DNA from: a virus
Taxonomy: Duplodnaviria; Heunggongvirae; Uroviricota; Caudoviricetes
Direction: 5' to 3' (one strand)
Length of the DNA stretch: 64,000 nucleotides
Virus record (IMG/VR): IMGVR_UViG_3300037418_002962
Coordinates: 154,650-218,649 of that record
The notes under the pieces are model-generated. The model saw only the letters and a program-made list of their open reading frames with translations. It had not been told where the DNA came from and made no database searches. The position numbers and the translations under genes are program-made. Positions 55,333-64,000 of the stretch are shown here, piece by piece. Position 1 is the first letter of the stretch. Every line of letters begins with the position of its first letter.

Positions 55333-56067
55333 ATGTTTCCATCATTTATTATATTAGAAAATACTATTAATCATGATTTTAATTCAGGAAATTATTATTG
55401 TTATTTGCTTAAAGATCCCAGAAATAAAAATATATTTTATGTTGGGAAAGGAAGAAATGCTAGAATTGTCTACCATAAGTATGAATATACTTCAAATAAT
55501 CATCACAAAAATAGTACTATCAAAAATATTTTAAATGATAGTGGAGCATTTATTGCTGAGATTATTTATACAACATCTTCAGAAAAAGAAGCTTATGAAG
55601 TGGAAGAAAAGTTAATAAAAAAATATAAAGAGCAATATAATTTAACAAATTTAGAAGAAACTCGTGGAAGTTCAATTCAAAAACCGGCCAGAGCTATTCA
55701 TCAATATAATTTATTTGGAGAATATATAAAAACTTTCCCAAGTTATTGGGAAGCCGGAAAATCATTAGATATGAATGTATTGGAACATAAAACCGGAACA
55801 CAAATTATGGAATGTTGCAGAGGGGCAGTAGCAACTTGTGGTGGTTATTATTGGTCTTATTACGATCAGCCAATTTTCAGATATCGCACCAAAACTAGAC
55901 CAATTGTTCAATGTACACTGGGAGGAAAATTTGTTAATCGTTATGTTTCTGCAGAAGAAGCAGCATTAGCTCTTCCAAACGGAAATAGACACGATATATT
56001 AAAGGCTATTAAAAGAAACGGAACCTGTAAAGGATTTAAATGGAAATATTGGGAATTTCCTAAGTAA
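55333..56067 (+). CDS. GIY-YIG (LEM-3-like) homing endonuclease with NUMOD1 repeats
   Basis: YCYLLKDPRNKNIFYVGKG..R; HQYNLFGEYIKTFPS; VQCTLGGKFVNRY.SA; GYYW/GFKW. Confidence 0.8.
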   Translation: MFPSFIILENTINHDFNSGNYYCYLLKDPRNKNIFYVGKGRNARIVYHKYEYTSNNHHKNSTIKNILNDSGAFIAEIIYTTSSEKEAYEVEEKLIKKYKEQYNLTNLEETRGSSIQKPARAIHQYNLFGEYIKTFPSYWEAGKSLDMNVLEHKTGTQIMECCRGAVATCGGYYWSYYDQPIFRYRTKTRPIVQCTLGGKFVNRYVSAEEAALALPNGNRHDILKAIKRNGTCKGFKWKYWEFPK

Positions 56068-56072
56068 AAGAA

Positions 56073-56106
56073 AAGGCTCCAGAACCTTGAAGATTACTGG
56101 AGCCTT
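56073..56106. terminator. inverted repeat between convergent genes
   Basis: AAGGCTCCAG-14nt-CTGGAGCCTT. Confidence 0.6.
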
Positions 56107-56114
56107 CACAAAAT

Positions 56115-56492
56115 TTAATGAATTTCAAGAAGTTTCGGTTTCTTCTCTTCCGGTATTACCACATCTAGAGAGATACTTAAAATACCGTTAAGTAATTTAA
56201 CTTTATCTATTACAGCATTTTCATGCAATGTAAAGGTTCTGGTAAACGATTTGTTAGTAATTCCCTGATAAGAATAATTTTTCTTTTCAGATTCTTTATG
56301 TTCACCTTTAATTTGCAGGACATTTTTTGGAAGCAATTCAACTTTCAATTCTTCCTTTGAGAAACCTGCCACAGCAAGTTCAATTGTGGATTTTGTTTCT
56401 GAATCTGCTACAATATTATATAAAGGAAAGCTATTACTTGGAAATGGTTTAAACATTTCATCAAATACTCTATCGAAATTACTAGTAGTCAT
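56115..56492 (-). CDS. small heat-shock protein (Hsp20/IbpA-like)
   Basis: FPLYNI, IELAVAGFSKEEL, GITNKSFTRTFTL, LLNGILSI.L...IPEEKKP. Confidence 0.92.
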   Translation of the reverse strand: MTTSNFDRVFDEMFKPFPSNSFPLYNIVADSETKSTIELAVAGFSKEELKVELLPKNVLQIKGEHKESEKKNYSYQGITNKSFTRTFTLHENAVIDKVKLLNGILSISLDVVIPEEKKPKLLEIH

Positions 56493-56584
56493 ATTTTATC
56501 TCCTTTTTAAGCAAGATGGTTATAACAAATTGAGCCTAATATTTTAGCACTCAGAAAACTATATAGTAATTGTTAATACAAATT

Positions 56585-56827
56585 TCAAGACCTTAATTTA
56601 AAATATTTTAAATCGCCATCATCCATTTTAATCTTAAAATTAGGCTTATCCTTATAATCGCTATGACCACACTTAGGACATTTATAACAATCAAGTACCT
56701 CCATGCTATCTTTATCGATAGTTGGAATACCATGCCAACAGTTTTCATGATATTTTGGATCAATCACAATTCCTGAAACCATTTCAGAAGTGCATCTATC
56801 ACAAATAATTTTATTATCAATAAGCAT
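56585..56827 (-). CDS. small zinc-ribbon protein
   Basis: CDRC...CPKCGHS. Confidence 0.55.
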   Translation of the reverse strand: MLIDNKIICDRCTSEMVSGIVIDPKYHENCWHGIPTIDKDSMEVLDCYKCPKCGHSDYKDKPNFKIKMDDGDLKYFKLRS

Positions 56828-56925
56828 TAATTAGCCTTTCCTAACATAAATCTTAAGATTATCTTCATAATTACACTAAACGTAAAATGCTGCTCCAAGA
56901 TAAATTAGAACATAATCTTCCCAGG

Positions 56926-57186
56926 TCATTTTAGATTTTGGATATTAAATGTTAGATAATTATCATCAGATTTATTTTCTTTTTCTAATTCCCAAAATGG
57001 ATTAATGCAATTAATTGTTCCATAAATTTTATCACCAATTATTCTATAATAAGAAGACCCAGAATGTACAAGTTCTATATTATCGCTTGTATCACCTAAA
57101 GTATATTGTTTAGTTTCTGTGTCGTATTCTATATTAAACTTTAGAATCATTGTAAATTTCTTCAAGCTTTGAAACATTATTTTCAA
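56926..57186 (-). CDS. hypothetical protein
   Basis: 86-aa ORF; start uncertain. Confidence 0.35.
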   Translation of the reverse strand: MKIMFQSLKKFTMILKFNIEYDTETKQYTLGDTSDNIELVHSGSSYYRIIGDKIYGTINCINPFWELEKENKSDDNYLTFNIQNLK

Positions 57187-57354
57187 GTTTGGTTAACAGA
57201 AATTCAAATTCTTTTAACTCTTCCTCCGAATAGTCTCTGTTTCCAAAGTTGTCCATTAATTCTTTAATTTTTGTTTCTAAATCTCTTGCTGTGGTCATTT
57301 TATAATACTCCAATCTGATTGTTTCAAGAATATCCAATTCTGTTTCTAGCTTCC

Positions 57355-57510
57355 TCAAGATCCTGGACCCAATGCTAAAATTAATCCAACATGGGCAAAA
57401 TCTCTGTTAGCAGTTTCCCATGGTTCTCCATATCTCAGAAAAGACATTGATCCATTATCTTCAATAATTACCGTGTATTTTCCATCGCCTGTAGTTACTT
57501 TAGAGGACAT
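57355..57510 (-). CDS. small hypothetical protein, possibly frameshifted near its end
   Basis: Not in track; MSSKVTTGDGKYTVIIED...LRYGEPW. Confidence 0.5.
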   Translation of the reverse strand: MSSKVTTGDGKYTVIIEDNGSMSFLRYGEPWETANRDFAHVGLILALGPGS

Positions 57511-57818
57511 TATTCAAAATCCATTTCACAACTAGAAAATCCTGCATGATAATTAAAAGGAATTGGCTTAACTTCTCTTTTAACAGCAAATTTCTCAACA
57601 TCTTTCCAATCCATGTTATTAGTAAACCAATCTAATATTTCATATAGAGATTCTTCAAATAAAGGAATAGTATCTTCATTTAAAGATCTTTCAATATCGT
57701 CACCAAATTCATCTTTATACCAATCCGCACGATTTATTGCAATCACTTCAATAGGAACGGCCCACTCTGTTCCATCTTTAAATTTAACAATTATATTTTC
57801 AAATTCACAAAATTTCAT
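57510..57818 (-). CDS. hypothetical protein
   Basis: WAVP.E.IA..RA.WY...DW..NNMDW.DV pattern. Confidence 0.6.
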   Translation of the reverse strand: MKFCEFENIIVKFKDGTEWAVPIEVIAINRADWYKDEFGDDIERSLNEDTIPLFEESLYEILDWFTNNMDWKDVEKFAVKREVKPIPFNYHAGFSSCEMDFE

Positions 57819-58096
57819 TCTGTTGTATCCTTATAATCACATTTTTCCAGCATTTTTGCTAATTTAGTTAAATTTGTAGCCCAATAAATATTGGGTATTT
57901 CTAAAATATACTCATCTAGAATCATAGAATCTCCCGGAATAATTTTATAATTAAATTCCATATCTTGATCAACAAGATATTTAATAACTTTATTTAATTG
58001 TTTGTTCCAGTAAACTCTTACAGTCAAAGAACTTGTTATAACGGATGCTCTTCTTCGTATTACAGGAGATTTTTTATTTTCTGGTTGATGTCCCAT
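57815..58096 (-). CDS. hypothetical protein
   Basis: 93-aa ORF. Confidence 0.5.
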   Translation of the reverse strand: MGHQPENKKSPVIRRRASVITSSLTVRVYWNKQLNKVIKYLVDQDMEFNYKIIPGDSMILDEYILEIPNIYWATNLTKLAKMLEKCDYKDTTE

Positions 58097-58284
58097 TATT
58101 CCTCAATTTCTTTCAACCATTTCATTTGATTTTCTAATATCTTATCAAACATATTATATTCATCTCCAGCTAATGCTAAAGCAGTCAAAACATAAGCTGT
58201 TAATACTGCTTCTGGATTATTTGAAATTTCTGCATTATCTCTCATATCCTGTGCAATTTTATTCATAAATTCTTGTACGTTCAT
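58096..58284 (-). CDS. hypothetical protein
   Basis: 62-aa ORF. Confidence 0.5.
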   Translation of the reverse strand: MNVQEFMNKIAQDMRDNAEISNNPEAVLTAYVLTALALAGDEYNMFDKILENQMKWLKEIEE

Positions 58285-58286
58285 TT

Positions 58287-59177
58287 TTATTCTCCTTTAT
58301 ACTTATCAATAACGTTTTGCATGTCTCTAAGAATTTTTTCCGCACTCTCACCAGTATTAACAACTGCTGCAAGACTTCCATAATGCATTTCTAAACAATT
58401 GATAAGAAGTTGCTTTATGAATTTTTCGTCTGGATATTGCGGTAATGTACTTGAGGCATAGATTGTCTCTAGGCTTTTCTCTTTATCATAGAAATAATTT
58501 TCAACCTGCTCTAATGTCCATTGCCCTTTACGAATAGTCTTTAACTGCTCCCGATTTCTCTGAATATCTAGATCATGCTCTACAAGAATTTGTTCTACTT
58601 CATTAATTAGACGAATCAGGTGGTAGGCATATTTTTTATCATAGCCAGTTTCTTGAATGCTCTTTGCTCTTTCTTCATTTTTAGCATTGACTTTATTACG
58701 AATTTTGCTCATCTGAGAATAAGCATAGCCTTTAAATTTATGCCAGGACCCTTTATGTAAGAACTTTCTACGATTTTCCCTGACCAATTCTCCAACTGCT
58801 GTTGAATGAAGGATACACCTTCTTGGTGTAAACAGGGAGTCAATCATATTAGGATTATTGTGCATACAAAGATCAAAGTACTTAACGATGGAATAAATTG
58901 AAAAGTCGTATTCCTTCTTTGAATCTGCAGCCTTGATATGATGCTCCTGATATTGTTCGAATCTCTGAATTTGTGTTCCGAACCCTGGAATTTCACCAGC
59001 CAAAGTTGGAAACACTAGATCCTTAGGAGGAATACAGAAGCCATAAACATCATTATCAGATGTTTCTTCTGAAACACCATAAGCCTGACTGCCCATAATT
59101 GTAAGATAATGGAGGTTATCAGGCATCCATTTTGGCGGATGTACCACGCCTTGCTTATAAAGCTTATCAAAAATCAA
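58287..59177 (-). CDS. predicted nucleotidyltransferase (RlaP/YcgL-like, pol-beta superfamily)
   Basis: GSQAYG...SD.DVYG, NNPN.IDSLF, FKGYAYSQ, YD.KYAYHLIRL. Confidence 0.8.
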   Translation of the reverse strand: MIFDKLYKQGVVHPPKWMPDNLHYLTIMGSQAYGVSEETSDNDVYGFCIPPKDLVFPTLAGEIPGFGTQIQRFEQYQEHHIKAADSKKEYDFSIYSIVKYFDLCMHNNPNMIDSLFTPRRCILHSTAVGELVRENRRKFLHKGSWHKFKGYAYSQMSKIRNKVNAKNEERAKSIQETGYDKKYAYHLIRLINEVEQILVEHDLDIQRNREQLKTIRKGQWTLEQVENYFYDKEKSLETIYASSTLPQYPDEKFIKQLLINCLEMHYGSLAAVVNTGESAEKILRDMQNVIDKYKGE

Positions 59178-59180
59178 AAT

Positions 59181-59468
59181 TTATTCTCCAAAATTAATCC
59201 TAGCTTCCCAAGACTTTCCAGCATCCTGATCAGAAATAGCCATAGCCTCTGTACATTCTGTACAATAAGCATATGACATTACTCCATCACCATCCCAGAA
59301 CTTGGTAATAGCTCTACCGTAAGTTCCATATCTTATGGTACTTCTGCAGCAACAGCAAGGTCTTTCCTTAAGAAATTTAACAATTTTGTCCTTGAATGTT
59401 CTGTCTAGAGATGAACCGAAATCGCCTTCAAAAGGATTCCATCTAAGAGCCTGTTCTAAATCGATCAT
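59181..59468 (-). CDS. Cys-rich hypothetical protein
   Basis: CCCC..., YCTEC. Confidence 0.55.
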   Translation of the reverse strand: MIDLEQALRWNPFEGDFGSSLDRTFKDKIVKFLKERPCCCCRSTIRYGTYGRAITKFWDGDGVMSYAYCTECTEAMAISDQDAGKSWEARINFGE

Positions 59469-60677
59469 TTAAATTACTTTTCTTAAAGTAATACCATATT
59501 CATCTGGAAACTTTAAAGCGGTTTCCCAATCTTCCATAGTACGAATTTCTTTTTTAGCCATTGATCCGTACATACAATTAAGAGCTAATTTATCAATTTT
59601 CTTTGTTAAAACTACTAAAGCATCTGAATCATTATTAATTTTAGCTTTTAATTTATCTTCATTATGATTATCAGAATACTGATTTCTCAATTCAGAAATT
59701 GATATAGATGGAGCTTTCATTGGCGAAACTCCAACAACATCGTCCCAATATGGAGATTTAGGATCACTTACAGTCTTAACACAGAAGCTTTTATCTTCAT
59801 TCTTTGTAATAGTAATGTTCTTGAAATCTGCATTAAGATTCCACTTAATACTGTCCCATACGTCATCACGATCAGTAATTCCTGACTGAGTTACTGTAAG
59901 GTCATTATTATTTTCTTTAGTTTCTAGGTAATTCTTCAAATGGATCATTGCATCTTTAACATTAGTGATTGCACAATTATCTATTAAATATGCTGAATAC
60001 TCATCAATCTTTGAATATTTCTCATAAAGATTCTGAACATCCTGGAAAGATGCTGACCAACCGTAATCACCTTTCTTGCAATCTCCACCATAACCTAATG
60101 CTGCAGAACCACAACCTGCCAACTGAACTCTGAGTTGTTCTACTTCATTTGAAAGTTCTTGTTGTACATCCAGAAGCTCATTATTTTCATCTTCAAGTAA
60201 TTTGTTATCTTCATTAATAGAATTGAAAAGGTCAATAAATCTATTAAGCTTTTCATCATCCCAACTTCTAAGGTCAGAAGCACTTTCAAACATAAATTCT
60301 TCCATGCGCGAATCCTTTGAAGGCATACAATTAATATCATATTCTTCAAGGAAGGTATCTTCAATATCCTTGACAATTTCTGCTGCGGCACCATCATAAT
60401 AGTGGTCAAATCCTTCGGAAAAAACTGTACTTCCATGAACATGATTATCTCTAGATGATGTATCAAGATTTACTTTAAGGGTAGATGCCTGAACAGGATT
60501 TTTTGGTTCTCCAATGGAAAATTTAAATGAATCAGTTTTACCCTGATCTCTTGGTTTAAAAAAATAATTATTATAATCAACCGTTTTCTTGTCAAAATCA
60601 AATAGATAAGAATCAAGGTTTACTTTACAGGATTCCTGTAGTTTTTTAACTAAATTAGTTTCATAAATGGTTGCCAT
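59469..60677 (-). CDS. hypothetical coiled-coil protein
   Basis: 402-aa ORF; RVQLAGCG.AA.G...GDYGWSASFQDV segment. Confidence 0.6.
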   Translation of the reverse strand: MATIYETNLVKKLQESCKVNLDSYLFDFDKKTVDYNNYFFKPRDQGKTDSFKFSIGEPKNPVQASTLKVNLDTSSRDNHVHGSTVFSEGFDHYYDGAAAEIVKDIEDTFLEEYDINCMPSKDSRMEEFMFESASDLRSWDDEKLNRFIDLFNSINEDNKLLEDENNELLDVQQELSNEVEQLRVQLAGCGSAALGYGGDCKKGDYGWSASFQDVQNLYEKYSKIDEYSAYLIDNCAITNVKDAMIHLKNYLETKENNNDLTVTQSGITDRDDVWDSIKWNLNADFKNITITKNEDKSFCVKTVSDPKSPYWDDVVGVSPMKAPSISISELRNQYSDNHNEDKLKAKINNDSDALVVLTKKIDKLALNCMYGSMAKKEIRTMEDWETALKFPDEYGITLRKVI

Positions 60678-60865
60678 TATTCTTTATCTCCATATATTTT
60701 TCTTACCATATCCTCATATTTCACATCCACAAACTTATCGCCTTCTGGACAATGGCAAATAATCAAACCAGATTTGCCTTCTACTGCTCCCTTATCTGAA
60801 CAATCTTGGCAATTAGGCATTTGCATCTCCATATCTCTTGGCCTTGAATGATGGAGGATATCCAA
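60677..60865 (-). CDS. small Cys-rich protein
   Basis: CQDC..KG......CHC..G. Confidence 0.45.
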   Translation of the reverse strand: MDILHHSRPRDMEMQMPNCQDCSDKGAVEGKSGLIICHCPEGDKFVDVKYEDMVRKIYGDKE

Positions 60866-61652
60866 TCACATAGCCCTTGGCCTTATATTCATTTTCAAAT
60901 TCTTCAACAGAAACTCTAACCCGATCCGTATCCATTCCATCAGGACCAACAATATATGCCCATTTCTTTCCCTTATCAACATTGGTTCTTTTAGGTTTTT
61001 CAGGAACTGCATGGACCTGGATATCATTATTTGCCCAGGTGAACTTATCGCTTCTTTCCAAGTTTGCAATATTATCTACAAGTGGATTTCCAGTAATTGG
61101 GCCAGCATTATTTCCTAGAAAATGATCTCTAACAACCTTTTTTAAATCAGAGCCAAAATTCCATCCATCTTCATTTTCAGCTTTTACTTCTTCAGCAAAA
61201 GTCTTTACAACCGGAACATTGCCAGTGCTCTTGAAACGAAGATATGCAATAGGAGTGTTAACATCAAACTGGAAATCTGCCACCCTTACTTCAATAAAGG
61301 TACTGATATTCTGAGCACCAAACTTATATTCCCTCTCAGCAAATCCGATTCCATTCTGGATTAAAGGAAATCTTGGCGTAACAACAGCAACTTCATCATT
61401 CTTTAACTCGACAATGCCATTGAAAATAATCTCATAATATCCTGGAAGTAAATGATAGATGCCATTAAATCTACCATAGCCATCTGTCAATGATTGCTTC
61501 TCTACCATTGCACGATTTTCTACCTGATTATTAATCATCTTAAAAGTCTTTGGTAGAACTTGGAAGACTTGTTTTACAGTAAGTCCTAGAGTTTCATCGT
61601 CAACTTCTTTCATTGATCGATATTTACTTGAAATTTCATTTAGCTTAAGCAT
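60813..61652 (-). CDS. degenerate dUTPase/dCTP-deaminase-fold protein with C-terminal extension
   Basis: LTVKQVF, YHLLPGYYEI.FN..V.L......TPR..LIQNG follows the trimeric dUTPase layout; catalytic motifs not evident. Confidence 0.45.
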   Translation of the reverse strand: MLKLNEISSKYRSMKEVDDETLGLTVKQVFQVLPKTFKMINNQVENRAMVEKQSLTDGYGRFNGIYHLLPGYYEIIFNGIVELKNDEVAVVTPRFPLIQNGIGFAEREYKFGAQNISTFIEVRVADFQFDVNTPIAYLRFKSTGNVPVVKTFAEEVKAENEDGWNFGSDLKKVVRDHFLGNNAGPITGNPLVDNIANLERSDKFTWANNDIQVHAVPEKPKRTNVDKGKKWAYIVGPDGMDTDRVRVSVEEFENEYKAKGYVIGYPPSFKAKRYGDANA

Positions 61653-61956
61653 CTGTATTTTCTCCTGTTAATTGAGTTTCTTTTTGTGGATAGAAATGTA
61701 GGAGCAATAAACAAAAGTGCATTGCTTTTAGCAGATCTTTTCTATTAAACCCTTCTTTCGAACCAAGCCTTTTAAGGTATTTTCTAGCTGAAATCTTACA
61801 AAATCCAATCACATCAGGGTCATTGATGTCATATTCACTTAAAAGCTGCTTACCATTTTTTCCATTTGCATAATGTTGACTGTAAGTACTTACAATATAA
61901 TCATAAAATTCTTTAATAATACGTTCTTCGTCAAACTCAAATTCAATTTTCTTCAT
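61645..61956 (-). CDS. conserved T4-like hypothetical protein (DUF3310-like)
   Basis: YI.STYSQHYA, KYL.R.G.KEG.NRKDLLKA.H. Confidence 0.7.
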   Translation of the reverse strand: MKKIEFEFDEERIIKEFYDYIVSTYSQHYANGKNGKQLLSEYDINDPDVIGFCKISARKYLKRLGSKEGFNRKDLLKAMHFCLLLLHFYPQKETQLTGENTDA

Positions 61957-62183
61957 TCAATCTCCTTATATTCCTCCAGACTTCTTTGAATATATTCATA
62001 ATCTTCCCATGCTTCATCAGTAATGGGAAGAATCCTTTTTGAAATTTCTGAATTAAATTTAATTATTTCATCTAGATAATCAGAAAAGTCCAGTTTATCT
62101 TGGGTTATTTTAGCAAAAAGAACATGGATTAAAAATAATTCTTTTTTATTTAAAACAAGTTGCAAACAATCTTCTTTATTCAT
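61953..62183 (-). CDS. hypothetical protein
   Basis: 76-aa ORF. Confidence 0.45.
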   Translation of the reverse strand: MNKEDCLQLVLNKKELFLIHVLFAKITQDKLDFSDYLDEIIKFNSEISKRILPITDEAWEDYEYIQRSLEEYKEIE

Positions 62184-62186
62184 TCT

Positions 62187-62642
62187 TCATTCCCTATTAT
62201 ATTGATGGTACCATTCCATTGCAAGATATACTACCATTCCTAAATTGTCATTATTCATTAATTCAGTTCTGAATTCTTTATCTATTTTATCAAAATCTGG
62301 ATTTTTCAACCATTCATTGTTTTCAATGAATCTAATATCTCCAGATCTGATACGTTCCTTCATTGCATCTGCAAATAAATCAACAAGCTCATCTGCATTC
62401 TGTAATTCAATATTTCTTAAATTCTTTTCGTTTGTATATTTAAGATATATTTTAGAACCTTCATCATCTCCATGAATAGCTTTAAGATCTCTTAGAAGTT
62501 CAGGTTCATATTTTCTGATAGTAACTGGATAAGTCTTCTTTGCCTTCTCTTCTTTTTCTTTAGAGATAGCATTAGAAAGCTTATCCATTATATTATCCCA
62601 GATAAAATGCCCCATTAATTTACTGCTGGATATGGAGAACAA
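62187..62642 (-). CDS. hypothetical protein
   Basis: Likely true start at internal MDKLS. Confidence 0.5.
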   Translation of the reverse strand: MFSISSSKLMGHFIWDNIMDKLSNAISKEKEEKAKKTYPVTIRKYEPELLRDLKAIHGDDEGSKIYLKYTNEKNLRNIELQNADELVDLFADAMKERIRSGDIRFIENNEWLKNPDFDKIDKEFRTELMNNDNLGMVVYLAMEWYHQYNRE

Positions 62643-62935
62643 GGACCTACTAACTCAAAAGAAAGAATTGCAAAGTTCTTAGCCAGAACTGCAGAAGAGA
62701 AGGCGCATGGGGTAAATTTTGAAGTAATATAGGTAATCTTTACGCACTGAGTTCTTCCAGTGTATTTTCCCGCAAAAGGGTCATATTCCTGTAGAAGAAC
62801 AATATCACCAATCTTAAAATTATATTCTGTAATATCTCTTACATCATGCTTCTTGCTTCCATCAACAATAGCCTGAAAGAATGCGGGCCAACTTTTTAAG
62901 AAATATACTGGATGTGTCTTAATATCTTCTGTCAA
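62615..62935 (-). CDS. ASCH/DUF3850-domain protein
   Basis: LKSWP.FF.AI..G.KKHDVR....NFKIGD...LQEYD...YTGR. Confidence 0.8.
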   Translation of the reverse strand: MTEDIKTHPVYFLKSWPAFFQAIVDGSKKHDVRDITEYNFKIGDIVLLQEYDPFAGKYTGRTQCVKITYITSKFTPCAFSSAVLAKNFAILSFELVGPCSPYPAVN

Positions 62936-62988
62936 TCAATTCCTCCATAATAAAAATAATTTGTACTACAAAATTACAAGAAAGTCAA

Positions 62989-63177
62989 TTAGATTTTCTT
63001 CTTAGCCTTAGGAATAGTTGCAAAGTCTTCCCTTGCTCTTTTTCTGAATTCTAAAATAATCCTACGTTCTTGAAGTACATAAGGATCTTTGCTATTTTTA
63101 GAAGCTTTCAGAGAAGCATTGATTTGTTTCTTTGCTTCTCTTACTAACTCTGCATATTTTACTTTAATATTAGCCAT
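62989..63177 (-). CDS. small basic protein
   Basis: 62-aa ORF. Confidence 0.45.
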   Translation of the reverse strand: MANIKVKYAELVREAKKQINASLKASKNSKDPYVLQERRIILEFRKRAREDFATIPKAKKKI

Positions 63178-64000
63178 TAAAGAATTTCTAAGGCAGTTCC
63201 GCAGGAACCACAGAATTTAGCAGTTGCCTTATTGACTGTACCGCACGTTGAACATTTCTGTTTATGCTTTACAGTAACTGCCTGTTTTACTTTGCCATTT
63301 GGATTTTCACCAACAAGCTTCAAGACAATTACGTTCTTAATTCCATCAGTCTTAAATGAGGATACTGTCTGAAATTTTTGAGTACTCTCAGATCCTGCAA
63401 CAGTAATTCCGTTTTCATTGAAGTCACTTGCAGAAGATGAAGCTAACTGTTCCTTGCCAACCAAGCCTCTAAAGGAATTCATAGAAACTGCATTTTGTGC
63501 TGCTGCAGAACTAGAAGAAGTTCCACCAGTTGCAGACATCATTGGAACAGAATCTGCTAATCCTTTTACCATAGCTGAATTAACACCAAGATTTTCTGAA
63601 GTATAATAAGGATATCCATTATAAGGCCAAATTTTTGGATTCCACCAACCTCTGTCATACCAATCATCATAATAAGTATGCTTGCGTCTATGAATTACTT
63701 CATCATAAACAATCTTTGGAGCAGGCTTTTCAAATTCATAACTTACTACAATAAGTCCATCCTCTGCCCCAATGCCACGGTTCTCTTCGATCTTTGAATT
63801 CCTTTGAATAAATTTTAGTTTATTCCCTTTTTCTAGATTGGAAGTCTTTACAAATCTTTCAAGGTCTAGTGAAGAGTTGGCATTAATAATTAGGCCATTC
63901 TCAACAACTTCTTTGCCATCAATTGTAATATTTACGATTGCTCTTGCTGTATTAAGATTTTTGAGATAGATAGAATATTCAGAGCCAAAAGGAACCTTAA
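63177..64000 (-). CDS. conserved large-phage protein with C-terminal zinc ribbon, 5' end outside window
   Basis: Frame stays open from the window end (KVPFGSEYSIYLKNLNTARAIVNITIDGK...) into track ORF 63177..63572, ending CSTCG...FCGSCG. Confidence 0.7.
   Translation of the reverse strand, partial: KVPFGSEYSIYLKNLNTARAIVNITIDGKEVVENGLIINANSSLDLERFVKTSNLEKGNKLKFIQRNSKIEENRGIGAEDGLIVVSYEFEKPAPKIVYDEVIHRRKHTYYDDWYDRGWWNPKIWPYNGYPYYTSENLGVNSAMVKGLADSVPMMSATGGTSSSSAAAQNAVSMNSFRGLVGKEQLASSSASDFNENGITVAGSESTQKFQTVSSFKTDGIKNVIVLKLVGENPNGKVKQAVTVKHKQKCSTCGTVNKATAKFCGSCGTALEIL

Noticed and set aside
57340-57375. Programmed frameshift joining 57355..57510 to 57134..57358
   Set aside because: The frames read more naturally with small indels in short G or A runs, and there is no slippery heptamer or stimulator; a sequencing error or decay is more likely, which also tempers the methyltransferase frameshift.
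2241-63606. Many short opposite-strand or nested track ORFs (e.g. 2241, 5488, 6419, 9807, 14055, 16949, 21363, 24619, 27508, 32539, 45745, 54478, 60140, 62245)
   Set aside because: They are shadows of better-supported genes on the other strand or frame.
1-64000. CRISPR array
   Set aside because: No regularly spaced direct repeats with unique spacers were seen; the only exact direct repeat found is a two-copy 22-mer.
1-64000. Prophage integrase, transposase or attachment sites at the tRNAs
   Set aside because: No integrase or transposase motifs and no duplicated tRNA 3' ends; the tRNA flanks are inverted, not direct, repeats.

Overview
This AT-rich 64-kb window comes from a large T4-like myophage genome; no capsid or terminase genes fall inside it. 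Most genes are on the minus strand. The recognisable T4-type replication core is nrdA/nrdB, primase gp61, helicase gp41, UvsX, a split DNA polymerase gp43, RegA, gp62/gp44/gp45 and a DsbA-like protein. Around it are many small accessory ORFs, a GH19 endolysin, five tRNA genes (Arg, Asn, Gln, Pro, Thr) and two tRNA-like elements with collapsed anticodon loops. Both T4-type late promoters (TATAAATA) and sigma70-type promoters are present. The most striking signal is a four-member family of plus-strand Cys-repeat / Vsr-like endonuclease genes. Three of them carry the same covarying three-way-junction RNA leader, placed between a sense late promoter and an inverted promoter-like copy. The second signal is that tRNA-Arg and tRNA-Asn are each embedded in a 13-bp extension of the acceptor stem with identical CTTAGC/GCTAAG proximal flanks and end in CTA instead of CCA. 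All family assignments come from motifs recognised by eye; no database search or folding software was run.
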